This document shows, in pieces, positions 51,001 to 59,900 of a DNA stretch of 64,000 bases (position 1 is its first letter; each line of letters begins with the position of its first letter). A program made the position numbers and the translations under genes. The notes beneath the pieces were generated by a model. It was not told the origin of the DNA, searched no databases, and worked only from the letters and a program-made list of their open reading frames with translations. Origin of the DNA: Monocercomonoides exilis PA203 (Eukaryota > Protista > Preaxostyla); assembly GCA_001643675.2 (NCBI GenBank), contig LSRY02000014.1:1550001-1614000 (forward strand), given 5' to 3'.

Positions 51001-54000
51001 GGAGTTCATCAGGCAGAATGCGGTCTATGGGATGGATGCGGGAGAGCACAAGGAGGAGGCGATGGACTTGATGAGCCTGATTGTGAAATACCAGTCAGAC
51101 ACGATTGTGGTGTCGAGCAAAGAAGGGAAAGGGGGAAGCAATGAGCAACAGTGTGGAAAGCCTTCACTTCCTTGTGTGACAATTGGGTTTGGGCTGAGGC
51201 ATTTGACACACGATTTTCTGAGTCAAATGGTTGTTGATGAGGAGTCAGTGATTGATGAGGAAATTGGACTGGACACACTCACACTGAGCGGGATGCATGA
51301 AGTGCAGAGTCGAGTGGTTGTGAAAGGGAGGATGAATTGCAGCAAAGAAATGATTGTGGAGACAGGTGGGCAGGTGTATGTTCGATGGATTCAATTTGCA
51401 TTTGAAGAAGTGGAATCAACACCAACTCCACTTCCAACAACACATTCATCGTTCATGAAGATAACTTCAGGAAAGACATCGATCAGCATGTGTTCATTTG
51501 AAGGAGTGAGATCGTCTGAGAGGGAAATGGTGGAAGTGCCATTCATTCTGATATTTGTGGAAAGGGGGAAATGCTCAATGGGGAATGTGAGTGTTATGTG
51601 GCTTTCGTTTTTGAGTGAAGCAGCCATGATTATGGAAAAAGATACTGAAGTGAGTGGGTTGACACTCAGAAATATTGAGGGAAGAAAAGGCTGTTTGAAG
51701 ATCAGTGGTGTTGCAAATGTGAAGATGGAAAAAGGATGGATGGAGAGTGTGAATGGCGATGAAGCAGAAATGAAGAACAGAGAGGATGGTGAGTTTTCAT
51801 TTTCAATTCTGTCATCTTCATTTGAGAACATCACTTGTGTGGATGAGAGTGCAGGAGTGGTTGATGTTGAGGAAATGGAAGGAAATGTGGTGTTTTTGAA
51901 CTGTTCGTTTGGTGGGTGTTCATCGAGAAGAAAGAAAGGGAAGATGACATCTCTTTTGATGTGCAAGAATATTCAGATGAAGCAGTGCTTGTTTGATGGA
52001 AAGGAAGAAAGAAAAAAGGAATTGAATGAGGAAGTGGATGTGTGCAAATGGAATGGATCAGTTGTTGAGGTGAAGGAGAGCACTGCAGAGATGAGGGATA
52101 CGAGTTTTGTGAACAGCTTTGATGGAGGACTTTCTATTTTGGGAGGAAGTGTGGAGATTGAAGATGGCAAGTTTGACAACAATAACCCATCAATTGAAAA
52201 ATATCCATCAGGCAGGAGGAACATTCTATGCTCAGATTCTGGAGTGATGAACGTGATGAGTTTGAAAGGAGGAGATGGATGGAAGGATAATTCTTCACTT
52301 TGGATTCTGGATGAAGGATGTGAATTGGGAGGGATGATTGAGGAAAGAGCATCATCATTCTTCATTCCAGTTGTGGAAGAGGCGAGGAATGAGACAGCAT
52401 CTGATGGGAGAACAATCATCACTTTGATTGGGAGACTTCTTCTCCCTTGCAATGTTTCGTTGAAGTTGAGCTTCAGGAATGGAAGGGAAGAGGTTGTTGA
52501 GAGCTATGGGATTGGTGAAAAGGAAAGTGTGTCAGAGAACGAAATTGTTGCAGTTGTTTCATCGGTTCAGATGGGAGCAGTGGGAGCAGAGACAGAAGTG
52601 AGTGTGAGTGTTCTGTTTGGAAAGAAAGAATCTCCTTCATCGACTGATTCATTTGTTCTGAAGAACAGAAGCGAGACCCAAGGAAAGGGAGATGACAGAA
52701 TTGTTGAAGGAGGAAAAGAAGGGAAATCTTATTGGTTGTTGGTTGTGATTGTGCTTGTTGTTCTTCTTTTGATTATTCTCATCATTGCAGTTGCATTTAT
52801 TGTTCGATGGAAGAAGGTTAAGGAAAGAAATGAAGAATTGCAAGAGATTGTGAATGACAACATCAGAAAAGATCCGAAGGCATTTGAGATGGTGACGATG
52901 GAGATGTCACCTGAGGAGCAGTGGAGGAGAGCAGAGAAAGAAGCAGAGAAGAAGAACGATGAGAGGATCAAGAAGAGGGTATATGCGAAAAGCTTGGGAC
53001 ACTCAGAGTCATCAGAGCATCTTCTTTCTGAGAGTGGCTCAACCGAATACATCTTGGGAAGAGATTCGGACAAGATCCCAGAATGGATGCTGGAGAAGGT
53101 TGATGAAAAAGAAGAAGAGATAAGGAAGAGAACTACATCGCCATCCATCTCATCAATTTCATCCACTTCAACAACTGATTCAGATTCAACATTTGTTCGT
53201 GGGGAGGATCTGTGCCCAACCACCTCATCGATGTCGAATCTGGTGGATGCAATGGCCTGCTCTTCGCCACATGAGAAGCTGATTGTGGATTTGAGAGATT
53301 CACTGTTCATGCTGCTTCATGGGAGGAATGAGAAGAAAGAGATGGCGATTGGCACTCTGCAGGAGAGGGAGCAGACAGCTGCACAGATTCTGTTCTGGGT
53401 GGCGAATGGAGCCATTCACTCGTTTGATGAAGAAAAAGAATTGCCTTCGCTGGCCAACCTGAGTCCTCACATTGTGCTGTTCTCGGAGCACATGGTGATC
53501 TGCATTGCCCTCCACTCCGACTGCTCATCTTCAGATGATTCTGATTCATCATCCATCTGTTCGATGTCCATTGTTTCTTCATCCTCATCGAATGTTTCAG
53601 TGATGAGCGAGAGATTCACCGACTCACCACCACCCTCGTCAGCGTTTGAGGATTGTGAAGACAACAGGAAGGAGTGTTTGAGGTGGAAGGCGCCTGAGCT
53701 GCTGGTGAACAAGAAGATGGGAGCAACAAAGGAGTCAGTGGCATTCTCGATTGGGATGATGGTGTGGGAGTGTCTGACACTGGATATCCCGTTTGGAGAA
53801 TACGAGGCAGAGGTGGCTGGAGATAAGATATCGAAAGGAGAGAGGCCGAATGTTGAGAAGATCCGAGGGAGTGAACTGTATGAAGTTGTTTGGTCATCGA
53901 TGGGAAAGGACTGGAACGATCGTCTGACACTGAGCGAGATGAAGCGGGAGTTTTATGGGCATTTCCCGGCAGGGGCTGTGATTGTGACGATGTCGGATGC

Positions 54001-54139
54001 GATCTGTGAAAGGGATGGGGGGAGCACGAGAGAGAGGGGAGGCAGTCTTGTGAGTGGGGAAGAAGGCTATTCGACAGTTTTTGAGAACACATCAGAGACA
54101 ACAAGAAAGACAGAAAAGCAGGAGATGAAAGAGCGGTGA
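45077..54139 (+). CDS. 3020-aa type I membrane protein: signal peptide, Cys/Gly-rich PMP-like (right-handed beta-helix) repeat ectodomain, TM, degenerate TKL/Tyr-kinase-like cytoplasmic domain
   Basis: N-terminal MTNFVFFIIACAFAIG; repeated GGG(V/L)Y...F..N.A..G motifs; five CGx4-5(P/E)Cx(T/S) motifs; TM YWLLVVIVLVVLLLIILIIAVAFIVRW (~52730-52810); kinase C-lobe CLRWKAPELL..SVAFSIGMMVWECLTLDIPF..GERP..DR.TLSEM. Confidence 0.9.
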   Translation: MTNFVFFIIACAFAIGEAKEASAKEICELDTNFMFRLPVCRNDFCAPENNQHSKILSTFVAVNCSMSTASVLQIQQEGKACFLACEGSRLDIKGCITFVSSQMSPFVVDGGSMHSVNLTIGTLKPFAPIPRLFCSSFKNSERDGANSITLRDSSFSSFELASAPFLAPNASCFVKASGLKMTNISIASGAQREMDLRARTETTIEGCSFFRVWDVIYGGILRSVNSPCALLRATNTSFECCFRMMNVDESGGHNMTRYELGANETHSFTDCEWCNTGHAYVGSAIYLRGNSTLECVRCSFKNMSQVGDGAVDVQSAAGVKISGCNFTNCVADDNTGGMIINQLNGDYFFSECIFCDCKAYSRYAGGLRIQQSSGSEDEKIEKCKFIRNEARSYGGGLYMQQNPNKCSISECEFKENKANGTGTSDYEGGGGGICLYSASWMETESPPKLISFCFFSGNKAINEEGHDVRIKSFFLKGAPFESSFSTTSAKRVFYNGSQTDYDAWLPTVRTTYARTDGITGPVCGTIQTSPCNTIEQAYSMIEKGSEGTVNILRSIYSSTALFIGGGDISFKGESESECVISTELLNSHECLFTLDSGSMGLSLVMIRHNSEESSSSLFAMRKEAQNLALKNVFISGKDDGQTHSFDVSPFKVIFEKTKMENCLIEDIGLGDCSLFEEEEESGVGREMLGNVTIQRISRMRGDGVIFSTESERSDSLELENTTFRNCVCKEGNGGSIAWKVDESGILKIGRTNVVTEIGECGAEKGRGGGVYLELSSPSVVFEIVNVEFENNQAEHGVNVFIASNQLELVPKGRYGFVSHLKEDAHEVEGVGDTNNATLVIPIVCYLLDVPRSEIYVSASGADHPRCGHTFFECRTLNCPIEREENTPADGTTTATIKIGHEIEVGSTVIFSKMARVIEGTGDDGSLVIEGEASCKEDEEGCIGVFVVLKETRMRKIELVMPSVLEHHEAIFQLKGETLNLSECVVGFGVGVNFVEYSLLVVEKGEANVTSLRLDSMSFRKPGIRANGGLSSVSLKNVELNEITLEGEMGFVVCEGGSTLTAESVIVSGCEMGGSSFILAGSNCIARMRECSWSSCNFVDSGVIKGSEAKEISICGCNGSNVRVSEGDGGMVNGAVGEGGMVDVWNTSVEGCVADKGNGGGMKVELKGDAQLKIRSEEEVTLLKKCGAGEEVTKNGGGCGGGLWVGIEGERYGFDLSGVRFEENRARSGKDVYVVCDDLRRVVNGSGFSFSGEISERENSLIGKDGQKFSNEVDLFIFIDGFSSSIIEVGSENGDNGMWCGMKNCPCRSVDYGIGRLCGEGEKKIVISGSTSVEKVGDMSGVRIEGKDNTRMKVVVEKGIEGEGESVLDSNGVSVFVNVGFELPGSFEQRKDVVISSGTGSGVLEMELCSFVMQEGEEEAIEYRIIRSSGQAVRMKWISMNNIMTRKCPMDLALLRMEQNGGENEVVSISNCSFGSLSVVGGDESAVICGEVRKVMKIEQSNMSDITGGESMSGGALRVNILDSGMIHVKEGMTERCSAEKVRGGKGGWLFVNCSERRGGMPFKFEGVKFAGNEAFVGKNMFILDSDLNVTVRSETFVIDIEGMEDDPNVFVGNDEKRINTDLLRFVIEYMSERIVVWEKGDDVVRCGSEEDPCETLEMGMRHMERGGERKVVRVKEKIRVEGEHDLSGIEVESVGAGYDETEYGTVVMGSDGESGTKVCLRNSGAVTLRALEMCVMNVLGSGEAGMIVSEGGKIEWEDCSISWKGKREGMGNVAFCVVKKGELEMKRCKVLSYFGKRSAFVVGGEVVSVIDEFTVIEAKLESGSLFEIEGEGANGGGEMRMKNCSIGSVEGEGADPSVISSRSGNGVKLVVEDSLIELCSCGRSTKGGAMLFELNEGGLFDVANTSVKQCGCSVSEGKGGGVYLKTELRGELDYVFDGVIFRRNTAFIGNDVFIVCDCIERQINETQFNIDFRDVEFIRQNAVYGMDAGEHKEEAMDLMSLIVKYQSDTIVVSSKEGKGGSNEQQCGKPSLPCVTIGFGLRHLTHDFLSQMVVDEESVIDEEIGLDTLTLSGMHEVQSRVVVKGRMNCSKEMIVETGGQVYVRWIQFAFEEVESTPTPLPTTHSSFMKITSGKTSISMCSFEGVRSSEREMVEVPFILIFVERGKCSMGNVSVMWLSFLSEAAMIMEKDTEVSGLTLRNIEGRKGCLKISGVANVKMEKGWMESVNGDEAEMKNREDGEFSFSILSSSFENITCVDESAGVVDVEEMEGNVVFLNCSFGGCSSRRKKGKMTSLLMCKNIQMKQCLFDGKEERKKELNEEVDVCKWNGSVVEVKESTAEMRDTSFVNSFDGGLSILGGSVEIEDGKFDNNNPSIEKYPSGRRNILCSDSGVMNVMSLKGGDGWKDNSSLWILDEGCELGGMIEERASSFFIPVVEEARNETASDGRTIITLIGRLLLPCNVSLKLSFRNGREEVVESYGIGEKESVSENEIVAVVSSVQMGAVGAETEVSVSVLFGKKESPSSTDSFVLKNRSETQGKGDDRIVEGGKEGKSYWLLVVIVLVVLLLIILIIAVAFIVRWKKVKERNEELQEIVNDNIRKDPKAFEMVTMEMSPEEQWRRAEKEAEKKNDERIKKRVYAKSLGHSESSEHLLSESGSTEYILGRDSDKIPEWMLEKVDEKEEEIRKRTTSPSISSISSTSTTDSDSTFVRGEDLCPTTSSMSNLVDAMACSSPHEKLIVDLRDSLFMLLHGRNEKKEMAIGTLQEREQTAAQILFWVANGAIHSFDEEKELPSLANLSPHIVLFSEHMVICIALHSDCSSSDDSDSSSICSMSIVSSSSSNVSVMSERFTDSPPPSSAFEDCEDNRKECLRWKAPELLVNKKMGATKESVAFSIGMMVWECLTLDIPFGEYEAEVAGDKISKGERPNVEKIRGSELYEVVWSSMGKDWNDRLTLSEMKREFYGHFPAGAVIVTMSDAICERDGGSTRERGGSLVSGEEGYSTVFENTSETTRKTEKQEMKER

Positions 54140-55569
54140 AAGTGAGAAGGAAAAGGAGAATGTGAAACGAAAAAAAGAAAAGAAAATGGAGATCAAAGGA
54201 GAATGTGATATTTCTTTGCATCGAAGAATCAGTGGGAGAGTTTGTGAGATGTGTTCTGTAATTTGGTTGTGGTGTTTTCTTTTCAAAGAATAAGTGGATA
54301 TTGATGATTTGTTGAAAAGAGGAGATTGTTTTATTTGGGATGGGAGTGATTTGATGATCACAATCAGCTGCTCACAGCTTAAAGGATGATTGTTGCCATT
54401 ATTTGAAATCGAAATATTGGAAACATTTGTTTGAGGAGATGTGAGCAACTGATGATTTTGTTCTTTTTTTGTTTTATTTGTGATTAATAGTCAATCAAGA
54501 TTTGTTTCTTATTATTCATGTTTTCATCTGTCATGATTTTGTTTTTGTTTATGTATTGTCCATGTATTAACAGTGTATATTGTAGCTATTTTTAATGAAT
54601 AAAAAGTTGACATGGATATTAGAGAGTTTATTTTTTTTCAAAAAAATGCATTTCATTTTCAAAGAAAATACATGCATTATTGAAAGGCATGCTTCACATT
54701 CTTTTAAGTGTTGAATAAGGGTTTTCATTTCAAAAGTTTTTGGTGCCAATAAAGAAAAAAGCGCCAATAAAAAGATGACCCTATTTCAAAAATAATTGTT
54801 TGTTTTATTGAATCCAACATTAAAAGATTATTAACGACAAATGATTAATTGAAAAGAAATAAAATTATTAATTGAAGCGTGATGTGATACTATTAAAAAC
54901 ATCAAATATCCAAAGACAAAAATAAAATATAACAACAATTAAACAATGACAATTATAAACATTTAGAAGAGTTAATACATTAGGTATCCAAGAATGCAAA
55001 TAATAAAATCAACTTGCGGACCTAGATAGAAGATAAGAGAGAAAAAAAAGAAGAAAAATCGAAAGAATACAAAGGAATGGAGCAAAAAATTCATTTTGTT
55101 TCAAAAAAAAAAAAAATAAAAAATAAAAATAAATCAAACAATTGCGTCAAAACGTAAATGTTGAATAGATAATCCAGTAAAAGTTTCCAGATTGCCAAAT
55201 GCTCCAAATAATTGAAGATAAGATAATAACAATGGAAGTCGATAGGCTTATTAAGAAAATAATTGAAAATGGAAACAAGAAAAGATAGGAATGTGAACAA
55301 AGAATTGCAGAAATAAAACTTGATATGAAAAGTCTTTTTTGGCTTTGCCAAAACAATTGCACAGCTTCTTCATGTGGAAAACATAACGCATTGCTTGTGA
55401 AATGGGTTCTTCGAAAGGTTGAAATAGAAAAAGTTAAAAAAAGTAAAAGAAAACAATAATTTAATTGCACAAACTAAAATCGAAGAAATTTAAAAAACAA
55501 AATGAAAGAATTTTTTTTTTGTTTGATTGTTTGTTTGTTTATATTTCTTATTCTTAGTGTACTTTTTGC

Positions 55570-56876
55570 TCACAAAGGAATATCTTCCCACAATTTGTGG
55601 TCGCGGTCCGATTTTTCGAAATACAGCGAGTTGGGGAAAGTGGCCTTGGCTGCCTTCAAAACAGGAAGGAAGTTCGTTCCCATCCCTTTCGAAACATGCA
55701 TCTTTTTCAGCGTCAGCGACGCTGCTTCTGCTATCTTCAGTGCATTCGGCCTCTCCACAATGAAGCACTCTCCTCCTTTGCCTCCTCCCTCCTTCCCTTT
55801 CGCTGCTGCTTTTTCTCTCTTCAGCCCTTTGACATAATGCCCCTCCTCTTCTCCAACAAGCCCAACGGGAATTTCAATCACAAAGTGCTGCCGCATCACA
55901 AAGTGGCTCATCACATCCAGCAGAGACAGCTGCGTCTCATCCTTCTTGTTCTGATGCACTTTCTTCTCTTCCTCGCTCACATACAGCCCCACAGCTGACG
56001 TCGTCTCCACCAGATTCTCAATCATACCTTCCAGCGTTTCCCGGAACAGAAGGCTGCTGATGCTCCCTTCGCCCATCTTCCACTGCTCCCCTTCCACATC
56101 ATACGAAGCATCACAAAGTCGCCCAAAACTCACCAGCTCCTTCCGAAGCCGCTTCAAGTGCAACGACGTGTCCATAGAGAACATCACTGGATGCTTCGTC
56201 ACTTCTCCTGTTTTCCCTCCGCTTCCTGCGCTTCTGGTACTTCTCATCTTTTCTGTCTGTGCCGATGTCAGCACCTCCCTCGGATTCGCCCATATGGCAC
56301 TCATCAGCATTTCCAGGTTCTTCTTTGACCTCGCCACTTCACTCAAAAGCGCTGCAATGCTCTTCCCACACTCAGCCATATACTCGCTGCAATACAATGG
56401 ACGCATCACTTCCATCAGCTCGGCTGCAATCGCTGTGCATTTTGTGACTGCCTCAAAGCGCACAAGAAGCTTCACTGCTTCGCTCCACACATCGTGGAAG
56501 GCTGAGGTGGATGAGGAAGAGGATGAGGAAGAAGGCACTGAAGAAGAAGATGATTTCGGGAGTGAAGCAGAAGAAGCAGTAGAAGACGGTTTGTAGACGG
56601 AAGGATAGATAGCAAGGATGTTGCGTATCAGGCGAGCAGAGCAGGCAGCGATGAGAAGAGAAAGATTCAGCGAAACAGGGCTGCCTGCAACAAGCTCTGC
56701 GGTTTGCGAGGCAACCATCGACAGCTGCTGCACCGACTGCTTCACAGGTGCTGTGCTGATCTTCAGAGAGAACAAAGGAAGGGGAGAATCTGCACTTAAA
56801 TAATCAAAGTACGACACAAGATAGCTCACATCGTCTGAACATGTTGCGTTTCGCTCGTTTTCGTCTTCGCTTTCAC

Positions 56877-56917
<41 letters not shown>

Positions 56918-59900
56918 CTGTTTAATTCGGAATTGTTTTCTTCTTCGGAGAAATCTTTCTTCTCCTTTTTGGATTTTTTGCTGGATTTTGACTTTTTCTT
57001 TTCTGGTTTTTCTTCAGTTTCTTCTTGTTCTTGCTCTTTTGCTTCTTCTTCCCCTTCTTCTCCTTCTCCTTTCTTTTGCTTCTTTTTCTTCTCCTTTTTC
57101 TTCTTTTCTCTTTCTGTTTCTGTCTCATCAGCAGCTCCTTCTTCTTCATTTTGTTGATTATCTTGTATTTCTTCAATTTGTTCTCCCTCTCCTTCTCCTC
57201 CTGCTTCAATTCCATTCTCATCTTCTGCTTTTTCTTCTTTCTTCTTCTTCTTCTTTCCTTTCTCTTTCTTCTTCTTTTTGTTTTCTCCTTCCTCTTCCTC
57301 TGCCTCTGCACCTTCTTCTCTCTCTTCTTCTTTCTCTTCTTCTTTCTGTTCTGTATCTTCTTCTGTCACTTCCTTTGGTACTTCTTCATCTGTTGCCGTT
57401 TCTTCCATTGCTTCTCCTTCCTCCTCACCTTCCTCACTCTTCTTCTTCTTCTTCTTTCCTTTTTCTTTCTTCTTCTTCTTCTTCTTTTCGCCTTCTTCTT
57501 CTCCTCCTCCTTCAACTTCTCCTTGTTGCTGTTCTTCCTGTTGTTCTTCTTGCACTTGTTCTTCGCCAACATTCTCATTCACTTCTTCTTCATGAACTTC
57601 TTCTTCTTCTGTTTCCTCTTTCTTCTTCTTGTCTTTCTTCCCCTTCTTCTTCTTCTTCTTCTTTCCTTCTTCTGCTTCTGCTTCTTGTTCTTGCGCTTGT
57701 TCTTCAACATTTTCTCCTTCTCCTTCTTCCTCTTCCTGTTTCTTCTTCTTCTTATCTTTCTTTTTCTTTTTCTTTGGTTTTTCTTCTTCTTCATTTGCTT
57801 CTTCTCCTTCAGCCCTTCCTTCTTCTCCTTCTCTTGCTTCTGTTTCCACTTCTGCTTCTGTTGTTGCATTTTCTTCATTCACTTCATTGTTAGCACCTTC
57901 CTCTCCTTCTTCTTCTTCTTCTGATTTCTTTCCTTTCTTCTTCTTTTTCTTTTTCTTTTCTCCTCCTTCTTCATCTTCTTCTGCCATTCCTTCAATTTCT
58001 CCTTCAATTTCTTCCTCAACTGCTTTCTTTGATTTCTTCTTCTTCTTCTTCTTCTTTCCTTCTTCTTCTTCATCTTCTCCTCCTTCCTCAATTGCTTCTT
58101 CAACATTCCCTTCTCCTTCTCCCTCTCCCTCTCTATCATTTTCTGGTTCTTGAACTTGTTCTTCTTCTTCAATTTCTTTCTTCTTTTTATCTTTCTTCTT
58201 TTTCTTCTTCTTCTTTCCTTCGTTTTCTTCCGTTTCTTGTTCTTCAACATTTTCTCCTTCTCCTTCTCCTTCTCCTTCTTCCACTTTTGGCACCTCTTCG
58301 TTTTCTTCTCCTCCTTCTTCTTCTGTCTTCTTCTTCTTCTTATCTTTCTTTTTCTTCTTCTTCTTTTCTCCTTCCTCTTCCGCATTAGCTTCTCCTTCTC
58401 CTTCTTCGTTTTCAACTCGTTCTTCTTGTTTGTTCTCTTCATTTTGTTCTCCTTCTTCAGCTCCTTCTTCTTCTTCGCTCTTTTTCTTCTTTCCTTTCTC
58501 CTTCTTCTTTTTCTTCTTTTTCTTTTCGCCTTCCTCCTCTTCTCCTTCTCTCTCTTCTCCATCTTCATAGCTTGCTTCTGCATTCTCAATTCCACTTGTC
58601 TCTTCATTCATTCGTCCTTCTCCTTCTCCTTCTCCTTCTCCTTCTCCTTCTCCTTCTCCTTCTCCTTCTCCTTCTGTTAACTCTCCGTTTTCTTCTTTCT
58701 CTTTCTCCTTCTTTCCTTTCTTTCCTTTTCCCTTCTTCTTCTTCTTTCTGTTTTCTCCTTCTCCTTCTCCTTCTCCTCCTTCCTCATCAACTTGCTCCGG
58801 TTCTGCCTCTTCTTCTTCGCTTTCCTGCCTTTTCCAGCTTTTGCTGAGATTCGAACGAGATCTGGATGGAGACAATGAGGCTAATGAAGTGACAGAAGAG
58901 GAAAGAGAGAGAGAAAGAGAAGAAGAAGAAGAGGAAGAAGGCAAAGAGGAAGAAGAGGAAGCAGAAGCAGAAACAGGCATCTCCAAATTGAGTGTTTGCG
59001 AGAGCGGAGGAAGAGAAGCAACGAGATGGGTGACGAGAGAGACAGAAGGAGGAAGCGAGACATCAAAGCCATTGGAAAGTGCTCGGGGAAGAAGAGAACG
59101 AGAGGAAGGGAGTGTGGACGAGGAAGGCGGAAGAGGAGTGAAGGAATAAAGAGAAGTCTGGAGTGTTTGGGAGAGAGGAGACGAGGAAGAATTAGACAAG
59201 GAAGAAGAGGAAGAAGAGGAAGAGGAAGAAGAAGATGATGATGATGATGATGATGACAGCTCATTTGCAGCGTCATCAATCAACATCGCAATCTGCTCCT
59301 CGTCTTCCTCTCTCTGCTTCTTCTTCTCCTCTTCTTCTTCTTTCTTCATCTCCACCCCTCTCTCCACCGACGGTGCCTCCACATGTTTGCTCCAGAACTT
59401 CACATCCTTGTCAATCATTGGCGAATTCACGTGTTCTTTGACCAGATCAAACCCAACATCAACCGCTGATCCTTCGAATATCTGCTTCTGCTGCTCAATG
59501 CTTTGGGAGAGAGAGCTGAGGAGGCACATCCCTTGCCTCACACCCTCCAGCTCCAAATACCCGCTGCTCAGCAGGTCCTCCTCCATCTCCACAAGATAGT
59601 CGTCTTCTTCTCCTTTCCTCCTCATCCTGCTCCGTTCTTCCAGTTCTTTCAGCTTTCTCCGCTCGTTTTGCTTTGCCTCTGCTTTCTTCTTCATTTCTGC
59701 TTCTTCTGCCTCTCTTTTTTGCTTCTCCTTCGCTGTTTCCTTCCCCTTTTTCCCTGATTCGTTCGATTGTTTCTCTCTTTCTCTTTCTCTCTCCTCTTCC
59801 TCTTCTTCCTTCGTCTTCCTCCTCCATTCTTTTGCCTTTGCCTTCGCCTTCTCGTTAAACTCCTTCATCAGCTTCGGTACCTCCTCCACAACGCCACAGC

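Noticed and set aside
46576-54221. Long minus-strand ORFs (328, 378, 200 aa etc.) within the surface-protein gene
   Set aside because: Shadow ORFs from the codon bias of the plus-strand gene; no motifs.
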